Shown here piece by piece: positions 27,430-37,094 of a DNA stretch of 64,000 nucleotides. The stretch is from Maribacter sp. (GTDB lineage: Bacteria > Bacteroidota > Bacteroidia > Flavobacteriales > Flavobacteriaceae). The stretch spans positions 20,591 through 84,590 of the forward strand of contig NZ_JBATHS010000028.1 of the NCBI RefSeq assembly GCF_049667165.1, read 5' to 3'. Below the pieces are notes generated by a model that saw nothing but the letters and a program-made list of their open reading frames with translations, did not search any database and was not told the DNA's origin. Position numbers and translations under genes: made by a program. Position 1 is the stretch's first letter. Each line of letters starts with the position of its first letter.

Positions 27430-29658
27430 TTATCTCAGTTGTATAATCGTTTTTTGGGGGATTGCTGCGCCCAGTCGGATACTTAAATCACCTGGTGATG
27501 AATTGCCAACAAGTATCGTATATTCCCCTTTTCGCCAAATTTTCTCTCCCTTTTCGTTGATTACCTTCAAATCTTCTGGCTCCAATGAAAAAGTCAATGT
27601 TTTTTCCTCACCTTTCTTTAGTGAAACCCGTTTGAATGCCTTTAAACTTTTCAAAGGAATACCTCCAGAGGTATCTTTAGGACTTACATATACCTGTACC
27701 ACTTCTTCCATATCATACGCACCAATATTCGCAACATCAACAGTAATGGTCAATTTCTCTTTTTTATTCAATTTTAAAGAACTCAAGGCTAAATTCCTGA
27801 ATTCGCTTTTGGAATAGCTTAGGCCAAAACCGAAGGGATACGCAGGTTCTTCCATCATATATTTATAGGTTCTTCCCCTCATCGAATAATCGTCATACGC
27901 TGGTAATTGGGCCACATTCTTCGGAAAAGTCAATGGTAAATGACCTGAAGGTAAAATATCCCCGAAAAGTACATCGGCTACAGCATTGCCCCCTTGTTCC
28001 CCGGGATACCAAATTTGCAAGATCGCATCGCAGTGTTCTTCAATGCCCTCCAGTGAAACCGGACTCCCACTGGCTACAACCAAAACCAATGGGCCCTTTT
28101 TATTTTCAGCGATTTCCTTTATGTATTTTATCTGGTTCGCAGGTAGTTTTAAATCTTTACGGTCCCCCTTATCCGCTGCCGCAATGGCATCTACTTCTTC
28201 TCCTTCCATGTCTGCCGTAATCCCCACGACACAAATAGTCACGTCGGATTCGGCGGCCACTTTGGGGGCCCAGTTCAAAGGATTCAAGTTGGCTTGAAAA
28301 GGAAGGGCACCCGAACGATAGTTCAACGAAGACCCCAATGAAACGGCATCGGTGATGCCCTCCAAGATGGTGACCAAATTAGGACTCACCCCGTAGTAAT
28401 TGCCGATTAGCATATCGGCCGAATTGGCAAAGGGGCCAGTGACATAGGGCACTTTTATATCCTTGGGCAATGGCAGTACCTTGTTGTTGTTCTTTAAAAG
28501 GACAATCGATTTTTGTGCAACCTCGCGTGCCAAAGCTACATGCGCCTCACTGTGAATTTCTTCAGGGCCGATATTTACGTAGGGATTATTCTTAGAACCT
28601 CCTAAAATTCCCAACCTAAAACGAGTCTTGAATAGTTGTTTGGTACGTTCGTGAATAAGGGCTTCAGTCACCAAACCTTCTTCAAGGGCCTTTTTTAACT
28701 GTTTGTAGGTTTCACCACAATTTAGGTTTACACCGGCCTTTAAGGCTACGGCCGCAGCTTCCTCTGGTGTTTTTACGAACTTTTGCTTATATACAATACC
28801 CCCAATTGCCCCACAATCAGAGGTGATATAGCCATCAAATCCCCATTTATCCTTTAGTAGATCCTGCAATAAAAAAGTATTGGCACAAGCCGGCTCACCG
28901 AAAACCGCATTGTAGGCACCCATAACGCCTTCTACCTTCGCCTCGGTGACCAATGCTTCAAAAGCGGGTAAATACGTTTCATACAGATCCTGTTGGCTAG
29001 GTTCGGCATTGAAGGTATGTCTGATCTCCTCAGGGCCTGAATGTACGGCATAGTGTTTGGCGCATGCTGCTGTTTTTAAATAAAAAGGGTCGTCTCCTTG
29101 TAATCCTTTTACAAATGCAACACCTATTTTAGACGTTAGAAAAGGATCTTCCCCATACGTCTCTTGACCTCTTCCCCATCGGGGATCTCTAAATATGTTT
29201 ATATTGGGTGTCCAAAATGTTAAACCTGCATATTTGCTATGGTTTCCCATGCTTTGGGAAATGGCAAATTTGGCCCTTGCTTCGGTAGAGATGGCGGAAG
29301 CAACCTGCTTGGCCAATTCAGGGTCAAAAGTAGCCGCCAAAGCGATGGCTTGGGGGAAAACCGTTGCCTTCCCGTTACGGGCAACACCATGCAAGGCCTC
29401 GTTCCACCAATCATAATCCGGAACCTTCAACCTTGGGATTGCCGCGGCGTGATTCGTCAATTGACTTATTTTTTCATCGACGGTCATTTGTGAAACCAAA
29501 ATTTCCGATTGCTGGTCCACTGTTAAATTATCATCCAAAAAACTGAAATCAATGTCTTGTGCATATGAGGCAACATTCTGTATGGTCAGTAGTACTACAA
29601 ATAATTGTCTTAAAATACGGGCTCTATTGGTCATTGGTAAAAATAGGGTTAGGTTCAT
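27430..29658 (-). CDS. GH3 beta-glucosidase/beta-xylosidase-family exo-glycosidase
   Basis: 742 aa with the GH3 nucleophile region KWGFDGYITSDCGAI. The start may be the second Met at 29634. Confidence 0.9.
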   Translation of the reverse strand: MNLTLFLPMTNRARILRQLFVVLLTIQNVASYAQDIDFSFLDDNLTVDQQSEILVSQMTVDEKISQLTNHAAAIPRLKVPDYDWWNEALHGVARNGKATVFPQAIALAATFDPELAKQVASAISTEARAKFAISQSMGNHSKYAGLTFWTPNINIFRDPRWGRGQETYGEDPFLTSKIGVAFVKGLQGDDPFYLKTAACAKHYAVHSGPEEIRHTFNAEPSQQDLYETYLPAFEALVTEAKVEGVMGAYNAVFGEPACANTFLLQDLLKDKWGFDGYITSDCGAIGGIVYKQKFVKTPEEAAAVALKAGVNLNCGETYKQLKKALEEGLVTEALIHERTKQLFKTRFRLGILGGSKNNPYVNIGPEEIHSEAHVALAREVAQKSIVLLKNNNKVLPLPKDIKVPYVTGPFANSADMLIGNYYGVSPNLVTILEGITDAVSLGSSLNYRSGALPFQANLNPLNWAPKVAAESDVTICVVGITADMEGEEVDAIAAADKGDRKDLKLPANQIKYIKEIAENKKGPLVLVVASGSPVSLEGIEEHCDAILQIWYPGEQGGNAVADVLFGDILPSGHLPLTFPKNVAQLPAYDDYSMRGRTYKYMMEEPAYPFGFGLSYSKSEFRNLALSSLKLNKKEKLTITVDVANIGAYDMEEVVQVYVSPKDTSGGIPLKSLKAFKRVSLKKGEEKTLTFSLEPEDLKVINEKGEKIWRKGEYTILVGNSSPGDLSIRLGAAIPQKTIIQLR

Positions 29659-30012
29659 TTGAATAAAAAAACAGTGCTGACTATGGTTATTATCATATAA
29701 CTTCTTATGGGATCATTCTTTTTAAATTTTGAAAGGTATCTATACCTTAAAAGATTCACGTCTACCGTTGGCGTTCAAAGTATTTGCGCCACACAATAGG
29801 GCAGTGGGTGTTCCACTTTTCGTAAATATTTGGGGACTTTCTAGATTTAGTAACTGTTGCTTTCTTCCGTTTTCCCTTGTACATTTAGGCAACAGTTGAT
29901 AGTTAAACCCAAAAGGGAAAAGAGTATCAATCATCCTTTAGTCTTTACAATTTTAGTTCTATTCATTTTGCCATGTGATAAATTCAGATTTGTACCTTAA
30001 CATAGGTGGTAA

Positions 30013-31872
30013 TTAGTGCATTGGAATTATTTCTTTGGGAATGTCCAGTTTTTTATCATCGGCGCCTCCGGCAAAGTTGCTGATGTTATAACTATTGGGT
30101 AAAGTCCAATCACATTCTACTCTGCCATCCCCCAATACAATGTTGCCCAACTTGTTTCTGAACCAATCTGCCAATGCCCTGTATTCTTTTTTATCCGCAA
30201 CATTATTTTTTTCTAAAGGGTCGACCTTAAGATCATACAAGGCCATATCGGCTTTAGGTCGGTCACAGGTCAATGCCCATCTAACATCTTTGTTTTGGTC
30301 TGGACTATGAACATCATCCCACATATCCCTGCTGCGCATTGAAAAAGCAAAATCAAGGTTTCGCATATATGCTCGATGACCATTGACCACATTAATTTCT
30401 CCAAGGGCATATTGGCGTTTTGGTGCCTTATTGGTAATCACATCCTGTAAATCATAACCATCAAGGTAATTGTATTCTTTTTGAGCAATGTCAACACCAC
30501 CTACAGCCAAAAATGTAGGTACAAAATCTACATATTCAACGATGTCGGTATTCACTTTACCTGCAGGAAATTTCTCTTTGTCCGATGAGACCACTATGAC
30601 CGCATCATGTAAAGATTGCTTCCAAGGGCCGAATTTTGCCATGACGCCCTGTTCCCCCAGATGCCATCCATGATCACCTACCGTATAAACAATCAGGTAT
30701 TCCTCATCTTTTTCTTCGCAATACTTTTTAAATGTTTCAACGGCATCACCGATCAGTGCATCTCCGTAGGCACAAAACGCATAGTAATCTCGAATGGCTT
30801 GTAGTTTTTCTTCTTGTTTTAATTGATCTGCTTTGCATTCGTTATAATGCAACACCAATTGAGGAGGAAAATTGGACAATTCATCCGTGCTGAACTCCGG
30901 AAGGTTGTATTTTTTGTTCTTGAAAATGTCTCGATATTTTTTTGGAGGTAAGACAGGGGTGTGTGGCCATGTAAAACCTATATTCAAAAATAATGGTTTA
31001 TTGCTATCGGCACCCTCCACCTTTCTTCCCGATATGGTAGCATACGATTTATCAGTATTTTCAAGATAACTTTTGAATTCTTGTACAATTAATCCGTCTA
31101 TAGTTTTTCCTGCCGGATTCGGGTTTTCTCCACCGATTATCAACGTATTGTGTGGTCGGGTATATACTCTTAGAATATCAAAATCCTTATCCACTTTTGC
31201 ACGTAATTTTCGGTCGGCTTCCGGAATTTCTTTTTCTATATCATTCGTGATATATTTCACCTCGGGACCATTTGGATATATGGTGGTCTCCGTTCTGTTG
31301 ATCAATTTAAAAATCCCATCAGGAAATTCTATAGTGGCACCAGTTGTAAATATATCTCCATACCCCTTGTTTTGAAGATCTCCTTCAAAATGAACGACTA
31401 AATCGAACATATCATTTGGTCTGTTTTTTGTCTTATCCAAGTTTTTATCAATTGACCAATGGGTTTTGCCGAATGCTGCAGTGCCGTAGCCTTTATTTCT
31501 CATAATTTGGGACACCAATGGTTTTGAAACGTCCGCCTCCTGATGCGAATAGAATTTATAATGCCCAGATCTAAACGGATAACGTCCCATATGCATTGAA
31601 GCTCTTGAAATTGCACACATGGGAGAATTGTTATAAGCATTAACGAACAATGTACCTTCAGCCGCAAGTTTGTCTATGTTAGGAGACATCACGTAGCCTA
31701 GACTGCTCTCGCTCTTACCAGTGGTTGCCCTGTTATAACATTCCAAAGCATCTGCCCTTTGGTCATCTGTTATTATCCAAAGGATGTTAGGCTTTGATTT
31801 TTGGGAATTATCTTGCCCTGATAGATTTATAGAACAAAAAAGAAATAGTATTAATTTCAGGATTGTTTTCAT
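30013..31872 (-). CDS. S1 sulfatase with a non-canonical FGly motif (C-A-I-S-R)
   Basis: 619 aa with a signal peptide and the metal site WIITDDQRAD. The active-site stretch reads SPMCAISRASMHMGR, with Ile where Pro or Ala is expected. Confidence 0.85.
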   Translation of the reverse strand: MKTILKLILFLFCSINLSGQDNSQKSKPNILWIITDDQRADALECYNRATTGKSESSLGYVMSPNIDKLAAEGTLFVNAYNNSPMCAISRASMHMGRYPFRSGHYKFYSHQEADVSKPLVSQIMRNKGYGTAAFGKTHWSIDKNLDKTKNRPNDMFDLVVHFEGDLQNKGYGDIFTTGATIEFPDGIFKLINRTETTIYPNGPEVKYITNDIEKEIPEADRKLRAKVDKDFDILRVYTRPHNTLIIGGENPNPAGKTIDGLIVQEFKSYLENTDKSYATISGRKVEGADSNKPLFLNIGFTWPHTPVLPPKKYRDIFKNKKYNLPEFSTDELSNFPPQLVLHYNECKADQLKQEEKLQAIRDYYAFCAYGDALIGDAVETFKKYCEEKDEEYLIVYTVGDHGWHLGEQGVMAKFGPWKQSLHDAVIVVSSDKEKFPAGKVNTDIVEYVDFVPTFLAVGGVDIAQKEYNYLDGYDLQDVITNKAPKRQYALGEINVVNGHRAYMRNLDFAFSMRSRDMWDDVHSPDQNKDVRWALTCDRPKADMALYDLKVDPLEKNNVADKKEYRALADWFRNKLGNIVLGDGRVECDWTLPNSYNISNFAGGADDKKLDIPKEIIPMH

Positions 31873-32027
31873 GTTACGTAATTATTAACTGGCTTTTACT
31901 TCATTAATGGCATATAAATAAAACTAATCCATATTGTTCAAGATGCCATATTTTTTCACTAGACAAATACTTTACAACCCTGTTAAATCAAGATTGTAAC
32001 CTCTTCGAAATTTTCGAAAGCTTTGAT

Positions 32028-32540
32028 TTATTCCAATTCAAACTTGAATACGGTTGCGATTTCGTTCATTCCATTTACAGGTATCGTCAGATAAAAGCTT
32101 TCAGCTGTCAGTTCCCAATTCACCGCTACATTAGAACCCAATACATTTACCTTTTTTATTGGTGCCGGAGGAATGTTGCGATGATAGCCTCCTATGGTAC
32201 GTATTTCTATAAGTTCTCCTGCTTCCGGCTTTCCCAAGAAGAAAACATACATGGCCTTTTTGTCTTTCGCTACCGTAAATCGAATGTCCTCAGCAGTGTA
32301 TTCTATTTTTGATGATTGTCCGCCGTGTGAACCATCTTCAGCTTTGGCAGGGCCATACCCAAAGACCCGCCCCAAATACTTAGGCCATCGTTTCTATATA
32401 TCGATTTCGGGGAAACTTTTCCGAATTCAATCTTGAAATCTGGAGACGTATTTTCACGTTACTACCTTTGCTTTTTCCTGTTTGCAGGAGGCCAATGATG
32501 CTACACATAACGATATTATAATTACTTTCACTATTTTCAT
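32028..32540 (-). pseudogene. GH29 alpha-L-fucosidase relic (signal peptide plus C-terminal fragment)
   Basis: The ATG at 32540 opens a lipoprotein signal (MKIVKVIIISLCVASLASCKQEK). It is followed in the same frame by three stops (TGA, TGA, TAG) and then the 32028-32375 ORF. That ORF matches only the GH29 C-terminus (FGYGPAK...EDIRFT...). The ~370-codon catalytic core is absent. Confidence 0.6.
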
Positions 32541-32560
32541 TTTCCCAAAGGTCAACATAT

Positions 32561-34072
32561 TTATTCCTGAAATTGATCAAATTCTGGATTGACTTTGGCA
32601 TTTTTAAAGATCGGTCGGTTTTTCCATAATTCATATGTAGCTTTAAGTTGAGTTGCCGATTCAGGATATTGCCCTTTGTCATCAGTCTCTTTAATCCAAG
32701 TTTCCAATACGTTTCTATGTTCCTGAAGAACGACTTCAAAACTTGAATCACTGGCAAGGTTGCTCATTTGGTGTGGGTCAGTTTCCAGGTCATAGAATTC
32801 CTCCTCTGGGCGAATTCCGAACCAATGCTCCTCTTGATATTCTGTGAGTTTGTCTTCTTCGTATAGGTCTTTCATATCCGTTACTATGGGTCTATTATCC
32901 CGATAACCGGCCTGCAGCATTGGTCGATTCGGGTAATAATTTCTTATATAGCGGAACTCTTCTGAACGAACAGTACGAATACGGTCAATTGTATAATCAC
33001 ACCTATCTCTAGCTCCTATGACGAATTTCGGAGCTCTATAATCTTTGGCGAACAAATTCTGCCCGTCAAGATATTCCGGTAATTCAGCTCCGGCCAAGGC
33101 TAAAGTCGTGGCACTAACATCAAGAAGCGATACAAGTTCATCACGGACTTTTCCCGCTTCAAGTGATGCATGATTTCCTTTAATGATCAAGGGCACTTGC
33201 ATACCACCTTCATAACAAAATTGCTTGTGACGCAAGGAGGTATTGCTTCCGTGGTCGGAAAAGAAAAAAATAATCGTGTTTTCCAATTCGCCATCCGCTT
33301 TCAATTGAGCCAGAATCTTTTCTAGTTGTACATCCGATCCACGATTGGCATTGTAATGTGTAGTCCATGCCGCTCGTTGCGATGGAATATTCGGAAAATA
33401 GGGGGGCAGCGGAACATCATTAATTTCCAGCTTTTCTCCCTCCCGAACATATTTGGCATCTGCTTTTCCTCCCATGATTTGAACTTGACCAAACCAAGGT
33501 TGATCCTTATCAGGACGATTGCTCCATACAGCTTGGGTCAATGACATGAAGTTCTTAGCCCGGTTGCCTTGCCAACCATTCATGCCTGTTTTATACTCGT
33601 CAGAATTTCCCACATCATAAAGTACATTACGGTCGTAGTGAAAATTGTAATCGTCTTTACCATTGTTGAAGGTAAAATAGCCAGCAGCTTTCATGAGTTC
33701 GGGTATGGTCTTGACATATTTAGGAAGATGGATTCGAAGCGCTTCAGGAACAATTTCACCATCGACGGTTCGGCTTGAACGGTGTTGATGCGTACCAGTG
33801 GAAGTTTGCATTACACCGGTTATCAATGCAGATCTACTTGCTGAACAGACGGGAGCCGTGGAATAGGCATGTTTAAAAAGGACACCTTCTGAAGCCAATT
33901 GATCGATGATTGGCGTGTGCCCCTGGTTTATTGAATCGCCATAGCAGCCCATAAATGGAGACAAGTCTTCGGCTATTATCCATAGGATATTTGGTCGTAT
34001 TACCTCTTTTGAATCGAGTTCAAAACATGAGAGTAAAGTCAATAGCGCAATAAGTATTGCCGTTGTTTTCAT
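32561..34072 (-). CDS. S1 sulfatase, lipoprotein
   Basis: 503 aa with a lipobox (TLLSC), the metal site WIIAEDLS and the FGly motif CSASRSALITG (the Cys-x-Ala-x-Arg variant). Confidence 0.9.
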   Translation of the reverse strand: MKTTAILIALLTLLSCFELDSKEVIRPNILWIIAEDLSPFMGCYGDSINQGHTPIIDQLASEGVLFKHAYSTAPVCSASRSALITGVMQTSTGTHQHRSSRTVDGEIVPEALRIHLPKYVKTIPELMKAAGYFTFNNGKDDYNFHYDRNVLYDVGNSDEYKTGMNGWQGNRAKNFMSLTQAVWSNRPDKDQPWFGQVQIMGGKADAKYVREGEKLEINDVPLPPYFPNIPSQRAAWTTHYNANRGSDVQLEKILAQLKADGELENTIIFFFSDHGSNTSLRHKQFCYEGGMQVPLIIKGNHASLEAGKVRDELVSLLDVSATTLALAGAELPEYLDGQNLFAKDYRAPKFVIGARDRCDYTIDRIRTVRSEEFRYIRNYYPNRPMLQAGYRDNRPIVTDMKDLYEEDKLTEYQEEHWFGIRPEEEFYDLETDPHQMSNLASDSSFEVVLQEHRNVLETWIKETDDKGQYPESATQLKATYELWKNRPIFKNAKVNPEFDQFQE

Positions 34073-34172
34073 ATTGTTTTGTTGATACGTGAGTATAGTT
34101 TCACTACTTACTTAAAATTCAATGATCAATTTGCCGATAAATTGGTCTCCCATAGGTTCTATTTAAGGAGTT

Positions 34173-35291
34173 CTATTGTCCTTCCTCTATATATTGCTTT
34201 GCAAGATAGGCGTAGGTTTCACTATCGGAATTCGCAAATGTTTCAATGTTATTTAGAATTTCGCGTGATAATTCATGCTTTGGCGATAAATGGCTGAAAA
34301 AGCTATTAAGTTGATTTTTACTCATTGCCGATAACTTACCAGATAGGATGTCAACAACAAAAGGGGGTGCTGTATCCAAATTTTTCAGTAATAAACTACG
34401 GCTGCCAACATCTATTTTATCGAAAGCTTGCCAGAAGGGTAGTTGCAAGTTCGGGGTTGCTTTAAAATGTGTCATAAAGCTTTTCGCAACGACACTGCGA
34501 ACCAATGGGATGGCCGTTTTGAATATTTCCGAAATTTGAACATGATGTTGCAGATATAATTCCTGATCCATTTTTTCCAATGCAAAAAGCTGGTATTCCG
34601 GGTTATTGCTATAGAGCATATCGATTATTATATTCTCGTTTAATACAGCAAGGGTCCTAGCTTTTAATTTTTCACGAATATCCCCATGTGCTAAATGCCA
34701 AGCGGTGTAACAAGAATAAAGTGCACCAGGTACAATAGATTCTTTTACTTGGGTAATGGTCGCCCCCGAAACGGCATCCACGCCATTAACAGTCCGCATT
34801 TTAGGTTGCTCTACCAAACGGTCAATACTTCTTCTTCCCAGGATACTTTTATCATCGGTCAAAAGTTCATGTAGTTTTTGATAATCTTCTTCCAGAAATA
34901 TATCATGGTCGTATTTGGTCAAGGGTAAATCGGGATAGCGGTCAAAACCGGCATATTCCCCTAAAAGTGTCCAATACAATTTTAGATTCATTAATTTGCA
35001 TTCTCCATCAGCGCATACGGGGGTCGAAATAGCAGCGGTATATAGAACGGGTTCTTTCCTTTGATTCAGTAAAACATCGATACCCTGTTTTCCCACAGAA
35101 TCTACTTCGATGAAAAACTCCGTTTTTTGGGATGTCAGTTTTGTGCCAACGTTCCATTGCAATACATAAAATTCAGGCGCTTTATCCAAAAAATCACTCA
35201 TAGGAAGCTTGTTGGGAACCTCCTTTAATTCACTGGTGGGTCTTCCTGAAAAGAGCAGTATAAGTAGAAGTATGGAAAAAGAGGTTTTCAT
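34173..35291 (-). CDS. Secreted FMN_bind-like protein (SGAT flavinylation motif) with a helical-repeat C-terminal half; function unknown
   Basis: 372 aa with a signal peptide. VDAVSGATITQ matches the [S/T]GA[T/S] FMN-attachment site of NqrC/RnfG-type FMN_bind domains. It is a paralog of 54182-55300. Its start overlaps the stop of the upstream FAD-oxidoreductase (ATGA). Confidence 0.5.
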   Translation of the reverse strand: MKTSFSILLLILLFSGRPTSELKEVPNKLPMSDFLDKAPEFYVLQWNVGTKLTSQKTEFFIEVDSVGKQGIDVLLNQRKEPVLYTAAISTPVCADGECKLMNLKLYWTLLGEYAGFDRYPDLPLTKYDHDIFLEEDYQKLHELLTDDKSILGRRSIDRLVEQPKMRTVNGVDAVSGATITQVKESIVPGALYSCYTAWHLAHGDIREKLKARTLAVLNENIIIDMLYSNNPEYQLFALEKMDQELYLQHHVQISEIFKTAIPLVRSVVAKSFMTHFKATPNLQLPFWQAFDKIDVGSRSLLLKNLDTAPPFVVDILSGKLSAMSKNQLNSFFSHLSPKHELSREILNNIETFANSDSETYAYLAKQYIEEGQ

Positions 35292-37084
35292 TGTTTTGAA
35301 TCTGGGATCTTTTCAAATTTCTGCTCTTCTATCAACGCTAAATATTCATCTAAATAACCGGTATAAATCTCCCTCGGATTAACATCGTACTTTTTGCAAA
35401 GGGCAGCGGCAAAACCCACTGCAGCGCCCATCTGGCCCGTGGTTCGCATAACCCTTGGTCCGCCCAACCCTGCGTGGGAACAGCTGAAATTTCTTCCGGC
35501 CATAAAAAGATTGGAAATATTCTTGGAGTACAAACTTCGATACGGAATATAATATTCAGGAGTATTGTAAAAAAGTGCCTCCGATATAAAATCAGGGTTG
35601 TTCTCATTTTCAAGTACCGTCTGATAGTGTATATCGACGGCCCTTATTTCAATCACCACCCCATCGCGAAATTTGCGCCCTTCCTTTGCATCGTTAAAGG
35701 TGAAAACATGGTCGCCAATTAATCTTCGTGATTCCCTTTTCCCTACTAAATAGGATACCCATTCAAGTTCGCGATGGGCATTTTCAGGCTGTTTTTTGGC
35801 ATTTGCGAACGAACCATAAATAGCCCGTAGCATGTGGTCGCGAATTTCTTCGGCGTCATCGATTTGGTTCAAATCCGGACTGCTGAACTCCCATTGCCAT
35901 TCCCCGGCTACTTTTGCATAATCCTTAGCCACAGGCATGGCCCACGGTACCTCTGGAAAAGCCTGTTGGGATGATGTTTCTTTTGAACCCCATAATACCG
36001 ATGAGCCCATGACGGCATTGTCGGGTTCTTTCGGACTCCATAATTCACCATGCTCTTCCCATTCCTCTCTGTATGTATCCACACTTTCACGGCCATATGA
36101 AAACTCGGCACCTGCCCAATATCCTATCCAACCGTCACCCGTGGAATCTACAAATCGCGGGGCTGTAAACCGAATGCGATCTCCTGTGGATGTATGTCTT
36201 GCGTCCACATATTGAATGATACTGTCCTTGGCTAGGGCATCATAGGCCCGGTGATTCAGGAATAGGTCGATATTGCTATAATTTTTAACGTTATCATCCC
36301 GTTTTTTCTGGTCGAGTTTTGCCTCATCACTCCCATTGGGGTAGTGCTCGGTATCTATTTTTTTAAGAATGCGTTCAAAGTTCCCATAGATACCCAGCGT
36401 ATGAACCCTGATCTCTTCACTGGCATTCCCACCAAGTACAGGGCGGTCATGAATCAATGCGATTTTTAGGCCTTCCTCCGCTGCGGCTATAGCCGCGGCA
36501 CAACCGGCGATTCCCCCACCTACAACCACTAAATCATATGATTTCGTGATTGGTGGCGCATTGGGTTCGGACTTGATGGTCTTTCGCCATGATGCCAGCT
36601 TTTTAGAAGAAGATGGTGGTTCTTCATTTTTTGTGGAAAAATAAATAGCATCAACCCTGCCATTGAATCCAGTCAAATCGATGAGTTCCAGTTGAATTTC
36701 ATGTGCTGTCACATTGATGTTGTCGACATATTCCCATCCCCAACCAGAGCGGAGACCTAACGTCTTGTCAATCAATTGTGAATTTACTTTTAGTTGAAAT
36801 CGCCCTGGTGCCTCCCAATTGCCAGGGACCCAGTTCTTGGTTCGTACCCAAACGTGATACTTACCAACGGTTTCGAATTTCACTTTGGTCATGGCATTTT
36901 CAACAGGCACCCCCATGCCATGCGCCAAAAGATAGGGGGAACCCATCTGTTGTTCAAATTGAGGGTCGATTACCCAACCTCCCGGATTGTCAAAGTTTTC
37001 AGCCTCGATCAATAGTTCCTGGGCCAAAAGGGCATTAAAGAAGAAGATGAAAAAAAGCGGTATAATTTTTCTAAATAGATTCAT
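35288..37084 (-). CDS. Exported FAD-dependent oxidoreductase (PF12831-like) with an N-terminal beta-sandwich domain
   Basis: The likely start is MNLFRKIIPLFFIFFFNALLAQ at 37084 (Sec-type signal). An N-terminal ~170-aa domain is followed by the dinucleotide fold YDLVVVGGGIAGCAAAIAAAEEG and DRPVLGGNAS. It is a homolog of 55304-57220. Confidence 0.75.
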   Translation of the reverse strand: MNLFRKIIPLFFIFFFNALLAQELLIEAENFDNPGGWVIDPQFEQQMGSPYLLAHGMGVPVENAMTKVKFETVGKYHVWVRTKNWVPGNWEAPGRFQLKVNSQLIDKTLGLRSGWGWEYVDNINVTAHEIQLELIDLTGFNGRVDAIYFSTKNEEPPSSSKKLASWRKTIKSEPNAPPITKSYDLVVVGGGIAGCAAAIAAAEEGLKIALIHDRPVLGGNASEEIRVHTLGIYGNFERILKKIDTEHYPNGSDEAKLDQKKRDDNVKNYSNIDLFLNHRAYDALAKDSIIQYVDARHTSTGDRIRFTAPRFVDSTGDGWIGYWAGAEFSYGRESVDTYREEWEEHGELWSPKEPDNAVMGSSVLWGSKETSSQQAFPEVPWAMPVAKDYAKVAGEWQWEFSSPDLNQIDDAEEIRDHMLRAIYGSFANAKKQPENAHRELEWVSYLVGKRESRRLIGDHVFTFNDAKEGRKFRDGVVIEIRAVDIHYQTVLENENNPDFISEALFYNTPEYYIPYRSLYSKNISNLFMAGRNFSCSHAGLGGPRVMRTTGQMGAAVGFAAALCKKYDVNPREIYTGYLDEYLALIEEQKFEKIPDSKQ

Positions 37085-37094
37085 CCGTATTATT

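Noticed and set aside
29740-29934. A 64-aa minus-strand ORF in the sulfatase/GH3 spacer.
   Set aside because: It has no recognisable motif, signal peptide or convincing start context. Its composition looks like non-coding spacer. Without homology evidence it cannot be supported.
32376-32456. In-frame TGA codons between the signal peptide and C-terminal fragment of the GH29 relic, considered as possible selenocysteine or recoding sites.
   Set aside because: A TAG also interrupts the same frame, about 370 codons of the family core are missing, and no SECIS-like context was recognised. Pseudogenisation is the simpler explanation.
32380-32757. A 125-aa minus-strand ORF spanning the sulfatase 3-prime end and the GH29 relic.
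   Set aside because: It overlaps the well-supported sulfatase CDS (32561-34072) in another frame, and the remainder is covered by the decayed GH29 leader. It is most likely spurious.
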